Positions 28,329 to 38,699 of a stretch of 55,227 bases of DNA are shown in pieces. Each line of letters opens with the position of its first letter. Positions within the stretch are counted from its first letter, which is position 1. This DNA is from Methylocystaceae bacterium (GTDB taxonomy: Bacteria; Bacillota; Syntrophomonadia; Syntrophomonadales; JBLNAA01): positions 1 to 55,227 of the forward strand of contig JBLNAA010000160.1 of the NCBI GenBank assembly GCA_050259135.1, in the 5' to 3' direction. Made by a program: the position numbers and the translations under genes. The notes below the pieces were generated by a model. The model saw nothing but the letters and a program-made list of their open reading frames with translations. It had not been told where the DNA came from and ran no database searches.

Positions 28329-30419
28329 CTATTTTAAATGAGCGTCAAGTTCCATACGGCTGTGCGTATCAAAACGGTTGTCCCGCCCCCGATCAACAAT
28401 AACTGAACTAAACGGCATGGAAGATTTATTATCCAATCTCAATAGTGACAGCTCTGACAGATAGGTGTTGATACCTAAATAAGAATGCATATCCATGTAC
28501 ATCCAGGGCTGCAATACTACGAGATTAGCTTCCGTAAAAGCCGGCTTTTCTTCATCAATAATTTTCTGCAAAGTAGCTAACTGAGCCGAAGTTGGTACCT
28601 TATCCTGTTTCACTAATATGGTAAACCCATAAGGGTTCTGACCATAAAGTTGGGACATAATATCCTTAATTTCCTGTATCTCCTGCAGATATTTGTACTG
28701 GAAATGCTCAACGATAAAAGGTCTCTCTCCGGTATAGATAGCGATAATCTCTTCCATACCTTGGCGGGTACCCCGCATTTTATAAAGCGAAGGTGCCGCC
28801 ATCAGCAAGCAACGAATTTGTTGTTCACTCCAGTTCTCATCCACCCTTAAATCCAGCCAGCTGGCCAACCAGTTTAAAAAGGGTCCAGAAGCTGCTTCCG
28901 GGTCAAATATTTTGCTTACCTGATCTATCTGTTCTTCCATCCCCTGCAGGAAAGTATCAAATAATGATAAGAAGCGTTCCAGGAAATCACGGCTGGTTTT
29001 ATCCTCCTGATAAACAGCCGGCAAATAACTTAACAGCGACATACGCGGGAAATATATTCTAACCTTCTTTAAGACAGGCGTTCTGCTTTCACTGCCAATC
29101 AGTTCGACCTTTACCCACAGATAGCGTCCCCGGGCACTCGGTAACAGCATGTCCTGCGGATTAATCAGTTCCTGGATCCAAAGAGGCTCCAATAATCCCA
29201 GTTTTTCATGCAGCGGCAGACTCTGATCTGCTAAACACGCTTCGATATTTATTAGTTGGTCATCGATGACCACTTCTTGGTTATCATTGCTGAAATAACT
29301 AAGCCTGATCTGGGTATCATCCGGAATGTCAGCATCCAGGTTAATCCGATGCCACTCCATTTCCGGTACGGTGCTGTCCATCACCGGAAAAACGTAAACT
29401 CCGTGGGGTCGCTCGGTATGGTCAAATCGAATTCCCTCCTGCCGCTCCAGAATACTGAGTAAGCAGCGGTAGCGATCCCAGATATATATCTGGTTATTTT
29501 GGTCTACCCATAGTTGGTCGATGTTTCCGTGGTAAGCGGCTAGAGCCGCGGTTTCCTGTCTGGTAAATCCAATCCTCAAAACTCGCTTACTGTCTTCAGT
29601 ATCTGAATGATAACTGACAGCTGTATAGACATTGCCGTCATTATCAACACCCAATCCAGTAGCTTGAGACGGCAGGGAAAGACTGTCTTCATCAATCAGA
29701 TTGCCGTCGGGTGTGAAAATCCATAGTTGGCCGGTTAAGCTGTCCATAACATAAAGCTTCCCTTCCCGGCCTGAGGAAGCCACTACCCGATCGCTCCTCA
29801 CCGGCGATATCGGCTTTGACAGGTGAAAGCCCGACGGTACAGGTAATCTGCGTACCTGCCCATCAAAGGTAACTTTAAGTATTTCCAGCGGAATTTCACC
29901 GGTTACATTAGATTGCTCCCTGTAATTAACCAGTGAATATTCCGGCACCGTGATCACAAACAGCTGTTCTGTCTCATTCGCTGCCATGGTCAGGGGGTCA
30001 CCGCCATAGAATTCACGGTTAATCCAAAGAATCTGCCCATTAGATGCCGATATGGCAATAATTGCCGCCCGACTGTAATCCAACACAAATAGTGTATTAG
30101 CGGCAAATTGCATACACGTATCGGAGCTGAATAACCCATGTCCTTCTTTTAATAAAAGGGTGGTTTGGTGATTAAGAAAATCATAAAGCCATAGGTTGGT
30201 GGCCTGATCCAGCAGGAACAACAGTCCGAATGGCCCGCTGCACAGACTGGTAATCGGTTCCGTTATACCCGAATCAGACTGCAAAATAGTACGGTATAAA
30301 CAGTATTTTTGGTCCGTCATCAGACTGACCCCCTGCTCACTGAGCATAAGGTTGTCATTATGGCCGCGATCCCAATCAGATTTTTTATTCAGCGCCAAAA
30401 AACTAAATTTACCGTACAT
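28329..30419 (-). CDS. Phage tail protein (P2 gpI-like) with N-terminal beta-propeller-like region
   Basis: C-terminal YLPAVYQED...FLERFLSLF...FLNWLASWL...YKMRGT; N-terminal NHL-like repeats (LYVMDS, GLGVDNDGNVY). Confidence 0.75.
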   Translation of the reverse strand: MYGKFSFLALNKKSDWDRGHNDNLMLSEQGVSLMTDQKYCLYRTILQSDSGITEPITSLCSGPFGLLFLLDQATNLWLYDFLNHQTTLLLKEGHGLFSSDTCMQFAANTLFVLDYSRAAIIAISASNGQILWINREFYGGDPLTMAANETEQLFVITVPEYSLVNYREQSNVTGEIPLEILKVTFDGQVRRLPVPSGFHLSKPISPVRSDRVVASSGREGKLYVMDSLTGQLWIFTPDGNLIDEDSLSLPSQATGLGVDNDGNVYTAVSYHSDTEDSKRVLRIGFTRQETAALAAYHGNIDQLWVDQNNQIYIWDRYRCLLSILERQEGIRFDHTERPHGVYVFPVMDSTVPEMEWHRINLDADIPDDTQIRLSYFSNDNQEVVIDDQLINIEACLADQSLPLHEKLGLLEPLWIQELINPQDMLLPSARGRYLWVKVELIGSESRTPVLKKVRIYFPRMSLLSYLPAVYQEDKTSRDFLERFLSLFDTFLQGMEEQIDQVSKIFDPEAASGPFLNWLASWLDLRVDENWSEQQIRCLLMAAPSLYKMRGTRQGMEEIIAIYTGERPFIVEHFQYKYLQEIQEIKDIMSQLYGQNPYGFTILVKQDKVPTSAQLATLQKIIDEEKPAFTEANLVVLQPWMYMDMHSYLGINTYLSELSLLRLDNKSSMPFSSVIVDRGRDNRFDTHSRMELDAHLK

Positions 30420-30451
30420 CTAAGTCAATCACACCTCTCAAGGACAGTTAC

Positions 30452-32677
30452 CTAGAGATCTTTGCGGTTGATTATCTCGATTTCATGGTCACCCGGATAG
30501 ACTAATCCACAGGGAGGAAGTTCAACATCTCCACTGAGTTCCCGACGTATCCCACTGCCTTCGGCAATCAGCCACAACTCTTTTACATACTCCACTCCCG
30601 GAATATTATTAATAACTTCATAAATGTCGCCCCGGTAAACAGTGCGGCCAAAGGGCCAGCCTCGGCTCCAATCATCCCGATCCAGGGGCTGTAAAAATCG
30701 GTTAAGTTCTTGAACAATTTTTCTCTGTCCCCTGACGGTTCCTGAGGCTACCACCACTACCGCAGACACACTCACCCGGACATAGTCGGGATCTACAACA
30801 TGAACTTCGGTAGTCAAAAGCCGATGGCGATTCAGATGCCTTAGAACAGTTTCCCGGAACCCGGTGCTGGGGAGTGGCGTCAGGTTTTCACTGTATGGCA
30901 TTACGGCCACTGTTACCTGTGCTTCTGCGGTCCGGTCAGGGTAATTTTTCAAACCTGGTTTATAAAGCGGAACTGCTTTAACCCGTGCTACCCTAAGTCC
31001 AGGAGTCTGCAAGGCCAGTATTTCAAAATCATCAGCCGTGACTGCCCGATGTGGGCTTTGCCGTTCGGCTTTAAGCCGCTGCTTGGCCTCAGCTATAGTT
31101 TCCCGGGCGGTTCCTCCATAAGCTGGCCGGCGATTGCCCACACCAAGAGAAGCCAGTTCAGCTTCGTCGCTAATCAGCTTATTTATTTCGTGTTCTTTAA
31201 CATTGCCCCTGAGGCCTCCGCCAATTTTATAGCCCAATACTAGAAGATTGGGTTCGTCGGCCCGGTCCGGAATTATTCCATTCTCATTGTTGCCAAAGCA
31301 AATCAGACTCTGTTCGGCATCTACAATATAGTGGCGATCAAATGAACTTGACGCTGTGAAGTCATCCACAGCTTTCCAGTCCTGCCACAGTATTTCTCCG
31401 CAAACCGGTGACCTCTTGCCCACTTGCAGAATCAAATCCGACTCTAATAAGGGGGATCCAGGTAAATCAAAAGACTGCCCTGGCAGACCATTACTTTGCC
31501 CTAACCAGCGTTGTTCTTTAAACCCGGGCTGGTAAGATATAAGACGAATATTATTGCTCCCCGCCGGAGGTATCATTCCTTTATGATTATCACCGAATTG
31601 AATTATTAACTCCTGATTACCGTTTGGTTTAAGCAGAAATACCCTATCATCAGCATTACTTTGTGAAAAATCAATGACCTCATCCCAGAAAACCCAATTT
31701 CCACTGGTATTCCTTACCTGCAGCTCGTTATTACCATAAACCGCCAAACTGCTGTCTGCCTTAAACTGCATATTCATCAGACCACTGCTGGAAAACTCCT
31801 TAACCTCACTTAATGTAGCCTGTTGTTTGACCGGAACCGTATTAAAGCAGATGTCTTCAATCCGAGGTGACAATTCTAATACATCATCTTCCAAACAACA
31901 GCTGAGCCAAAACCGCTGCTGGTCAGCTGCTGGACCAATCGCGGCGGCCTCCATCGCATCAGGAATGACAAATTTAATCCGCCCACTGCGATTAAAGTGC
32001 AGGCTTTCATCCAGCATAATATTCAGGGGTTTCCAGCCATTCCAGCCATAATAGCTCCAACTGATACGAGCCGGGGGAACAAAGTCATTTTCCTGGTCCT
32101 TCGTCGGACCTGGTTTGATCGGATAGCTTTCAAACAAATGAATCGCCAGGCATAACTCAAGGCCGGTCGGCAGTGCCTGATCCAGCCCGATTAGCAGCCG
32201 GTTGCCTTTTTGGGCATTACGGCCAAAAGCATAATAAAATAAGCCGCCAGTCTCGTTGAAGGAGGTAAAATCACGGTAGTCCTTTTCGGAATATACTAAA
32301 ACCCTATCTATATGATAAGGAAGCAGCGTAAGTGACTCAGTAGTTTCAAATATCTGATCACTAGCCGCTAATTGACTACCCGTCGGCAAGGACATCATTC
32401 TATGTACATCGCTGAAGGTAACATCGGTTCTTGCTGATTCTGTACCACCCGGCTTTATACCTAAAAGTTTAAGAAACTTCAGTTCATTCCGATCTGTAAT
32501 TTGATTGAGATAATACTGCTGCATCTCCGTAAGCCAGGCTAACATTTCGATTAATGTAATCCCCGGGTCATGATAGTTTTCGTCAGTCCACCCAGAAAAT
32601 AACTGGGGAATCATTTTTCTGGCGTCTTCAACTATATCCTGGAAGTACAGATCATCCAGTTCTGGCAGCGGCAACAT
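30452..32677 (-). CDS. Baseplate J/gp47-like wedge protein
   Basis: LPELDD, WTDENYHDPGITLIEMLAW, SNGLPGQ, FGNNENGIIP, GGGLRGNV, RAVTADDFE, GWPFGR. Confidence 0.88.
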   Translation of the reverse strand: MLPLPELDDLYFQDIVEDARKMIPQLFSGWTDENYHDPGITLIEMLAWLTEMQQYYLNQITDRNELKFLKLLGIKPGGTESARTDVTFSDVHRMMSLPTGSQLAASDQIFETTESLTLLPYHIDRVLVYSEKDYRDFTSFNETGGLFYYAFGRNAQKGNRLLIGLDQALPTGLELCLAIHLFESYPIKPGPTKDQENDFVPPARISWSYYGWNGWKPLNIMLDESLHFNRSGRIKFVIPDAMEAAAIGPAADQQRFWLSCCLEDDVLELSPRIEDICFNTVPVKQQATLSEVKEFSSSGLMNMQFKADSSLAVYGNNELQVRNTSGNWVFWDEVIDFSQSNADDRVFLLKPNGNQELIIQFGDNHKGMIPPAGSNNIRLISYQPGFKEQRWLGQSNGLPGQSFDLPGSPLLESDLILQVGKRSPVCGEILWQDWKAVDDFTASSSFDRHYIVDAEQSLICFGNNENGIIPDRADEPNLLVLGYKIGGGLRGNVKEHEINKLISDEAELASLGVGNRRPAYGGTARETIAEAKQRLKAERQSPHRAVTADDFEILALQTPGLRVARVKAVPLYKPGLKNYPDRTAEAQVTVAVMPYSENLTPLPSTGFRETVLRHLNRHRLLTTEVHVVDPDYVRVSVSAVVVVASGTVRGQRKIVQELNRFLQPLDRDDWSRGWPFGRTVYRGDIYEVINNIPGVEYVKELWLIAEGSGIRRELSGDVELPPCGLVYPGDHEIEIINRKDL

Positions 32678-32698
32678 TAAGCTTACCTCCTGACCACT

Positions 32699-35600
32699 TT
32701 AGCTCCGGACTTTAACCTTAACCTGATGCTCGCCGTTTAATACATAACCATGCGCAATAAAATTCAATTGATTGGGATCAATTTCAATACGTTCCCCGTT
32801 AACCAGCTTGTGAACCGTCATTGAGATATTCTCGATATAATTAACCTCACTAATCGATTTTAATAAAGTGTACATAACCGAAATATGTGGGTATTCCCCT
32901 ATATTCCAACCTCGATCAGAGGATTGCGGCTGCAGGAACTCGCGTATCTTGGTTAGTGCTTTGGTCTCCACCGAAACCATGTTGTCAATATTGTTGGTAA
33001 CTAATACAGCAATTGCAGATATTTCAAGATACAGCGGCTCAATAACTTGAAATTTTCCAGGGTGCAGAAGGTTACCGCTGGTTCTCTGGTAAAGATATCG
33101 CTCAACCTCCTGTTTGAGAGCAGGGAAAGTCAATGAAGCTGTAATACCGCCACGAGGCAGCACTACCAGGGTAATACAGCCGCTTTCTCTCTCCCCATGC
33201 CAATTAGTGTTGGGCAAACACTTAACCCGGGCCACGTTTCTGGATACCTCGCGAGCCATTATCTCAAAGTCTTCAGCAGTAACCGCCCGGCCATAATTTT
33301 TCAAGGTCTGGGGGCCACGGCGCATGGCTTCATCTATACTCTCTCGGTCGCTTCCGCCGCAGGCTGCCTGGGGGTTAAATACCCCATCAATGTAAGGAAG
33401 GGAGTCACGCAGCAGATTAATTTCCTGAGCGGCTATATTGCCCTGGTTACCACCGCCGACCCAGTACCTCACCTCGATATTGTTGTTATTATCCCGAGGT
33501 GGAATTTTGCCATGCTGGTTATCACCAAAACTAATCCTCCCCGAAGAACGATCCATGGTATAATGACGCGCACCAACTGCCGAAAGGCTAAGATCCTCCA
33601 CCCGTTCCCACTTAACCCATAATTCCAGGAGATTGCCCCAATCGTCACGAAGTTCTCGCTTTATTAAATTCTTATCAGACAAGAGGGCTTGTTTTTCCCA
33701 TTCATCAAGGGATTTTGCTTCCTCCACCCATACCTCTTCTGTAACTACTGGTGTACGAGGCAGGTCAAAGCCGAAATAAGCTTCACCACCCGGGTTAGAC
33801 AACATTACACTAGCCGCGTTTTCCTGCTGGACAACCTGAGTAGTATTCATATATAAGCCTTTAACCATCGGCAGGACTGGCCGGTTTTCCACACGGCCAA
33901 ATTTGCTGTCATAATTTACTACCCGCATCCAGTACAAGCTGCGGCCAAAAATAGTCATTCGCGTAAAGTCAGGGGGTCCGCCAAAAACCAGAAGCCCGCT
34001 GCTGCTCAGGTTGTTAGTTTTATCTAAGGCTTCGAGCTTTGACCATTTAGCCGTAAAGGTACTCTGACTCGAATATTCCCAGTCGAGGGCCGGGCTGTCG
34101 TCCGGATCATAAGATCGCTCCCGCAGGGAGAAAAACATACTTATCGGGCCTTTGAGCGGGGGCTGTTCAAACCCCAAATAGGTTGCCGGACAAGGTAAAT
34201 CAAGTTCCTTTAACGGTTGAGCTGGATTAACCTTATTTTCCTTAAGCTCCTGATACAGATCATGGTACTCAAGATTGTTTAAGCTTATAAAAGAGGTTGG
34301 TCTAATGCTCTCATTTGTATAACGGTAACTCATCTGCACTTTTTCCATCCGGGGAACCTGATACACCCCATTGGGTGCATAAAGATTGTAAATGCTTAAC
34401 ACCCGGGCTCTTATCCAATAGTTCATCTGATCGTTCACCATACCGAGCCGCATATCTTCGGGGCATCTAAAACTGATGGTCTTACCCCGTTCAGAAGGCT
34501 GCAGGAATATATCTTCATATTGAGAGTCTTTAAAGAGGCGCATCCATCCATTGCCGTTCCAATATTCCCACACTACTCGCTGGATACGAATGTTCGGCTT
34601 TTCCGGTTCTACCAGGGCTGATCTTTTCATAATCATCTTCCACTCAATAGCTGGAGTACTGCCATTACTCAGCATGTGTGGCTCATGGGTTAATTTGAAA
34701 GATATACTTATGTCGGCTTTCTTTTTAGAGAACGCTTCCTCACTGGCCAGGTAAAACGTATCATAAAGGCCGAAAAACTCACCCATCGGATAACAATCTT
34801 CCACATTTAGGGGTATATCATTGTAAAACATCAGCTCTGGAACCAGGCTGGATTCATCATCTTCTGCCAGAGTTGCCGCTTTAATGTTAACTGCATCAAT
34901 CTCAATGTTGGATAAGGCCTTGATTTTCCCTGGCTGTACCCGGCAGCAAAGCCAGCGACTATTAACACCATTCACCTTGGTAAAATCAATAAGCCCGAGC
35001 TCATGCTTATGCAAAATAATTCGGTTAGACTTCACCGCCGCTTCAGTAAAAGGCTGCCAGCCTGTGCCATTGTAATATGACCATTCAGTATACTCAGGAT
35101 TTGCCAGTAATTCACTGTTCTCTAGTTCCTGGAATTGCTGTCGGGAATTGATGACTTCCAATTCCAGGCTGGCTCTCCCCCGAATATTAAGTAAGTCAGC
35201 TTCACCCAAATAAAAACTGTGCTGTTGAAGATTCGCTCCGTTAAAGCTGTCCATTAGTGAAAACTCCTGACCAGAAGCATCCGGATTATCGATGAGGCTG
35301 GCTGCCGGCAGTTCCACTACCCGATCATATTCACCGCTGCTGTTAAATATCGCGATGGGTACCGCTGGACTCACTAACAGATTGCTTTGGGTTTCGAATA
35401 CCAGCTGCTCCCCAGCTTTGGTATTAGCCAGTGCCTGGGTTCCGGCTGGTACCAGAACAGATTCGCCATCCTGTGAACTCAGTCTAAAAGTGAGGAAGGA
35501 AACCGCCGGGCAGGCTGGAAGCAAACTTATATCCATCATATTAAGAAAGGCGGCCAGATTCCGGCGAGGAACCTGGTTAAACCGCTTAATTGTCCCATCC

Positions 35601-35746
35601 AACATCCGGCTGAATATGAGGAATAAGGCTGTGCCCGCATCCGGATCTTCCGGAGAAAAGCGCCACTCCGGAGTATAAAAAGGCAGCATTGCCTTTAATT
35701 CCTGTATAATTGCTCTGCTATCACGTTGATCCAGGGGTGGAAGCAT
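32699..35746 (-). CDS. Baseplate J/gp47-like large wedge protein
   Basis: PPLDQR, YTPEW, DAGTAL, VPAGTQ, FETQ, FGDNQHGKIPP, GGGNQGN, RAVTAEDFE. Confidence 0.88.
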   Translation of the reverse strand: MLPPLDQRDSRAIIQELKAMLPFYTPEWRFSPEDPDAGTALFLIFSRMLDGTIKRFNQVPRRNLAAFLNMMDISLLPACPAVSFLTFRLSSQDGESVLVPAGTQALANTKAGEQLVFETQSNLLVSPAVPIAIFNSSGEYDRVVELPAASLIDNPDASGQEFSLMDSFNGANLQQHSFYLGEADLLNIRGRASLELEVINSRQQFQELENSELLANPEYTEWSYYNGTGWQPFTEAAVKSNRIILHKHELGLIDFTKVNGVNSRWLCCRVQPGKIKALSNIEIDAVNIKAATLAEDDESSLVPELMFYNDIPLNVEDCYPMGEFFGLYDTFYLASEEAFSKKKADISISFKLTHEPHMLSNGSTPAIEWKMIMKRSALVEPEKPNIRIQRVVWEYWNGNGWMRLFKDSQYEDIFLQPSERGKTISFRCPEDMRLGMVNDQMNYWIRARVLSIYNLYAPNGVYQVPRMEKVQMSYRYTNESIRPTSFISLNNLEYHDLYQELKENKVNPAQPLKELDLPCPATYLGFEQPPLKGPISMFFSLRERSYDPDDSPALDWEYSSQSTFTAKWSKLEALDKTNNLSSSGLLVFGGPPDFTRMTIFGRSLYWMRVVNYDSKFGRVENRPVLPMVKGLYMNTTQVVQQENAASVMLSNPGGEAYFGFDLPRTPVVTEEVWVEEAKSLDEWEKQALLSDKNLIKRELRDDWGNLLELWVKWERVEDLSLSAVGARHYTMDRSSGRISFGDNQHGKIPPRDNNNNIEVRYWVGGGNQGNIAAQEINLLRDSLPYIDGVFNPQAACGGSDRESIDEAMRRGPQTLKNYGRAVTAEDFEIMAREVSRNVARVKCLPNTNWHGERESGCITLVVLPRGGITASLTFPALKQEVERYLYQRTSGNLLHPGKFQVIEPLYLEISAIAVLVTNNIDNMVSVETKALTKIREFLQPQSSDRGWNIGEYPHISVMYTLLKSISEVNYIENISMTVHKLVNGERIEIDPNQLNFIAHGYVLNGEHQVKVKVRS

Positions 35747-35785
35747 ATTCTCCCTCCGTCAAAAAAGCCATACTGGCTGGAATTT

Positions 35786-36181
35786 TTACCGGGTACCTTC
35801 GTTGATGTAGAAGGGATAAACTAAATTAAACAGGTTATTGGTTGATCTTACGGCGTATTTGATATTAATCCATAACTGTCCGGAGTTGGTGTCAGCCTCA
35901 ACCTGTACCTCAACCTTAGTCACTCGAGGTTCCCAGGCCAGGATGGCATTTTTTAAGTCAGCTTCAATTACTCCCAGGGTAGTGGGGTCGGTCAGGCCAA
36001 AAACGAAGTCATTAAGTCCACTGCCGAAATCAGGCCGCATAACTCTTTCTCCGCGGTAGGTCATAATGATAATCCGAATAGCTTCGGCAATATCATCTTC
36101 GCCTTCAGACATCTTAATGCGCCCGGTTACCGGATCAACCTGAACCGGGAACTTCCAGCCGCGTCCTAAAAAGTTACTCAT
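35786..36181 (-). CDS. GPW/gp25 baseplate protein
   Basis: FLGRGWKFP, IIIMTYRGERVMRPDFG, WEPRV, NLVYPFY. Confidence 0.93.
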   Translation of the reverse strand: MSNFLGRGWKFPVQVDPVTGRIKMSEGEDDIAEAIRIIIMTYRGERVMRPDFGSGLNDFVFGLTDPTTLGVIEADLKNAILAWEPRVTKVEVQVEADTNSGQLWINIKYAVRSTNNLFNLVYPFYINEGTR

Positions 36182-36205
36182 CCCTATCCCCCTAAGCCAC
36201 TGGCA

Positions 36206-36958
36206 CTAGTTGATCTTGACCATAGCACCTTTGATATTCACCATGCCCCCAGCCTTAACATCCAAGGTGGCATTGGCATTCAGCTTTAAAGCCGTAGTTG
36301 CCTGAATATCAATCTGGTTGGCTGATATCTTTAGATTGCCGGCAGGTGCATTGATCGATATATTACTGCCATTTATCTCAATAACGCAGGAATTCACTTT
36401 AAGCGTTACCTTGCTGCCAGCCTTTAATTCAATACTGTTAGCCCCATTATCGATGGTTAACGTATTTTGGGCATTGTCGTCCTTAACTTCAATCTTTTTA
36501 TTAGCATCATCCAATACCAGCTTCTTACCTTTGGGAGTATGAAGTTCGATACTTTCTTTACCCTGGGTGTCATTCAAGATCACTTCATGTCCTATTCGGG
36601 TCTTAAATTTACGGATGTTTACTTTACCGTCAGCAATGGCATTGGCCTCCGGAATCTTATCCTTACCATTCCACAAGGCTCCAATAACGATAGGCTCCTC
36701 CACATTACCATGCTGAAAGGCCAGTAATACTTCATCATTAACCTCGGGCAAAAAGAATATCCCCCGTTCGGGGCCGGCCATGGGGGTAGCAACTCGAATC
36801 CAGTCGCTCTCCTGTGCAGTATCCCACAGCACATACTTCACCTTTATCCGACCCTTTTTATCCGGGTCATTAATATTAGTTACAATTCCTACGGTTACGC
36901 CGGTAACTTTAGCACTATTAAGATCGCTGGGGGTTGGCAGTGAATAAACAATATTCAA
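36206..36958 (-). CDS. Baseplate assembly protein V / VgrG gp5-like spike
   Basis: GIVTNINDPDKKGRIKV, WIRVATPMAG, FLPEVNDEVL, VIGALWN, then beta-helix repeats ending GAMVKIN. Confidence 0.9.
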   Translation of the reverse strand: MNIVYSLPTPSDLNSAKVTGVTVGIVTNINDPDKKGRIKVKYVLWDTAQESDWIRVATPMAGPERGIFFLPEVNDEVLLAFQHGNVEEPIVIGALWNGKDKIPEANAIADGKVNIRKFKTRIGHEVILNDTQGKESIELHTPKGKKLVLDDANKKIEVKDDNAQNTLTIDNGANSIELKAGSKVTLKVNSCVIEINGSNISINAPAGNLKISANQIDIQATTALKLNANATLDVKAGGMVNIKGAMVKIN

Positions 36959-38046
36959 ATGGCGTTACCTCCAATCGATATGGTGGTGGTGTACCCGGAT
37001 TCATCAATACAATGTCGGGCCGACAAAACATAATACTGCTGACTGAGCTCTGAGCCCAATCCCGACAATTGTATGAATTTGCCTGCCCTTATCTCGGGCA
37101 TACCAATACAAGTCGCTTCACCGCTAACCAATTTCATGGCACTTCTGTCCTTAATTGCTTTAGCCTCGATCTCCAACTGATTTTGCGTCCGGGCTTCCGA
37201 AAAATAGTTATCTTCCACCTTGCCCAGCAGCTTATTTAACAGGGCAGTCCCGTCATCACCTGAGCCAATCTTACTGATTGATCCAGAAACTCCTAACAGA
37301 GCCGCTTTAGTTTGGGGATCCCAGCTCCTCACCTTCACAGTTCCGGTTTGATCACTGATGTCATCTTCCAGGTACAAACTCAGCAGGGTCTGCCCCCAGA
37401 CCAGGGTAACGGATGACGAGCCCGCACTCGGAGGTTTACGAAAATGTGCTTGATCGCCGCTGACAAAGAACTCATAACCGTTTCTCTCGGCCAGCCAGCG
37501 GAGAAACTGATAATTACTTACCGCCACCTGCTGGAGTGTGGTGTAGACTATGCTGGTGCTGTCCACTTTGGCGGTAAGTCCACCTTCACTTATTAATTGG
37601 GAGGCTACATCACTGTCTTTTACATCCTTGAAAACCCGTGATTTAACCCCTTTCATCAACTTAAACGATTTGTCCATCCCGGAAACCACTACTGTAGTTT
37701 CCTCTTCCGGGGTCAATTCATAGCGTAATGAAGTAATATAACCCTTAAATACCGTTTCGAGAACATCAACATATCCGGGTTTTATCTCTATTTCTTTGCC
37801 GATAGCGATATTAGCCAATTGAAATTGTTTAATTAACGGACTAAACGCATTGACCACCCTGAAGCTGAACGAATCGGCTTTATCTAAACTGTTTTCTATG
37901 GTCAGGTTGTGAATTATTAAATGAGATTCTTTAAGGTCCTGGCCATCAATCAGTATCTGAAAAGCAGGGGCCACGAATTCTTTATACTTGGTGGTCAAAT
38001 CTGAAACTGCATAAGTTCTGTTGTCAAGTATGGTTAAATCGGACAT
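36955..38046 (-). CDS. Phage late control D / VgrG gp27-like hub
   Basis: GYVDVLETVFKGYI, VSGMD, SNYQFLRWLAERNGY, VRSWDP, GMPEIRAG; 4-bp overlap with the spike gene. Confidence 0.87.
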   Translation of the reverse strand: MSDLTILDNRTYAVSDLTTKYKEFVAPAFQILIDGQDLKESHLIIHNLTIENSLDKADSFSFRVVNAFSPLIKQFQLANIAIGKEIEIKPGYVDVLETVFKGYITSLRYELTPEEETTVVVSGMDKSFKLMKGVKSRVFKDVKDSDVASQLISEGGLTAKVDSTSIVYTTLQQVAVSNYQFLRWLAERNGYEFFVSGDQAHFRKPPSAGSSSVTLVWGQTLLSLYLEDDISDQTGTVKVRSWDPQTKAALLGVSGSISKIGSGDDGTALLNKLLGKVEDNYFSEARTQNQLEIEAKAIKDRSAMKLVSGEATCIGMPEIRAGKFIQLSGLGSELSQQYYVLSARHCIDESGYTTTISIGGNAI

Positions 38047-38050
38047 AATT

Positions 38051-38671
38051 CTACTCCAAGGGAGGGATAATTATCTTACTGCCAGCCTGTACCAGCCTGG
38101 GATTGGCGATGCCGTTAGCCCTGGCAATTTCCCTCCATCGTCCCGGATCTTCATACTCTCGCGCCGCTAACATCCAGAGCTGTTCTCCCTGTTTTAAAAC
38201 CTTCTGTTTGGTACGGTCGGATGACTGCCGCGGTGTTTGCTGCAGTTGTTCCTTAACACTCTGCCATTCCCGCATCTGCACATTTAAAACTGCTCTTACC
38301 GGGATTCCGGAATCTAAGAACATAGTAAATCTCTGAGTGATTTTTTCCATAACCCCTCGAAAAACTACTGAACCCCAGATAAATCTGCATATGGGGGGTA
38401 CATGCTTATCGCTGTCAACCTCAAGTAATCCATATACTTTTTTGGTGTAATTTCTCACATCACTCTGTTTTTCAAAAGTATCAAAAAATAATTCCATAGC
38501 CAGAGTATCAGAATCACCGCTGATAAATTGGGGAACCGTTGAGGATAAGCCTGGCATGGTATGAAACGCATATTTATTTTCTTTGGCTATCGTGTATTCG
38601 TTCGGATTAAATAACACTTCGATTGATTCGTTAGTACTTTCCACTAATATGGTGGCTTTCTTAAGCGGCAT
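38051..38671 (-). CDS. CIS tube initiator with C-terminal LysM (Afp7/Pvc7-like)
   Basis: VLFNPNEY, LFFDT, PPICRFIWG, FLDSGIPVRA, LWMLAAREY..PGRWREIARANGI.NP. Confidence 0.88.
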   Translation of the reverse strand: MPLKKATILVESTNESIEVLFNPNEYTIAKENKYAFHTMPGLSSTVPQFISGDSDTLAMELFFDTFEKQSDVRNYTKKVYGLLEVDSDKHVPPICRFIWGSVVFRGVMEKITQRFTMFLDSGIPVRAVLNVQMREWQSVKEQLQQTPRQSSDRTKQKVLKQGEQLWMLAAREYEDPGRWREIARANGIANPRLVQAGSKIIIPPLE

Positions 38672-38699
38672 TAGGGGAAATCACTCCTTTTCCACTATC

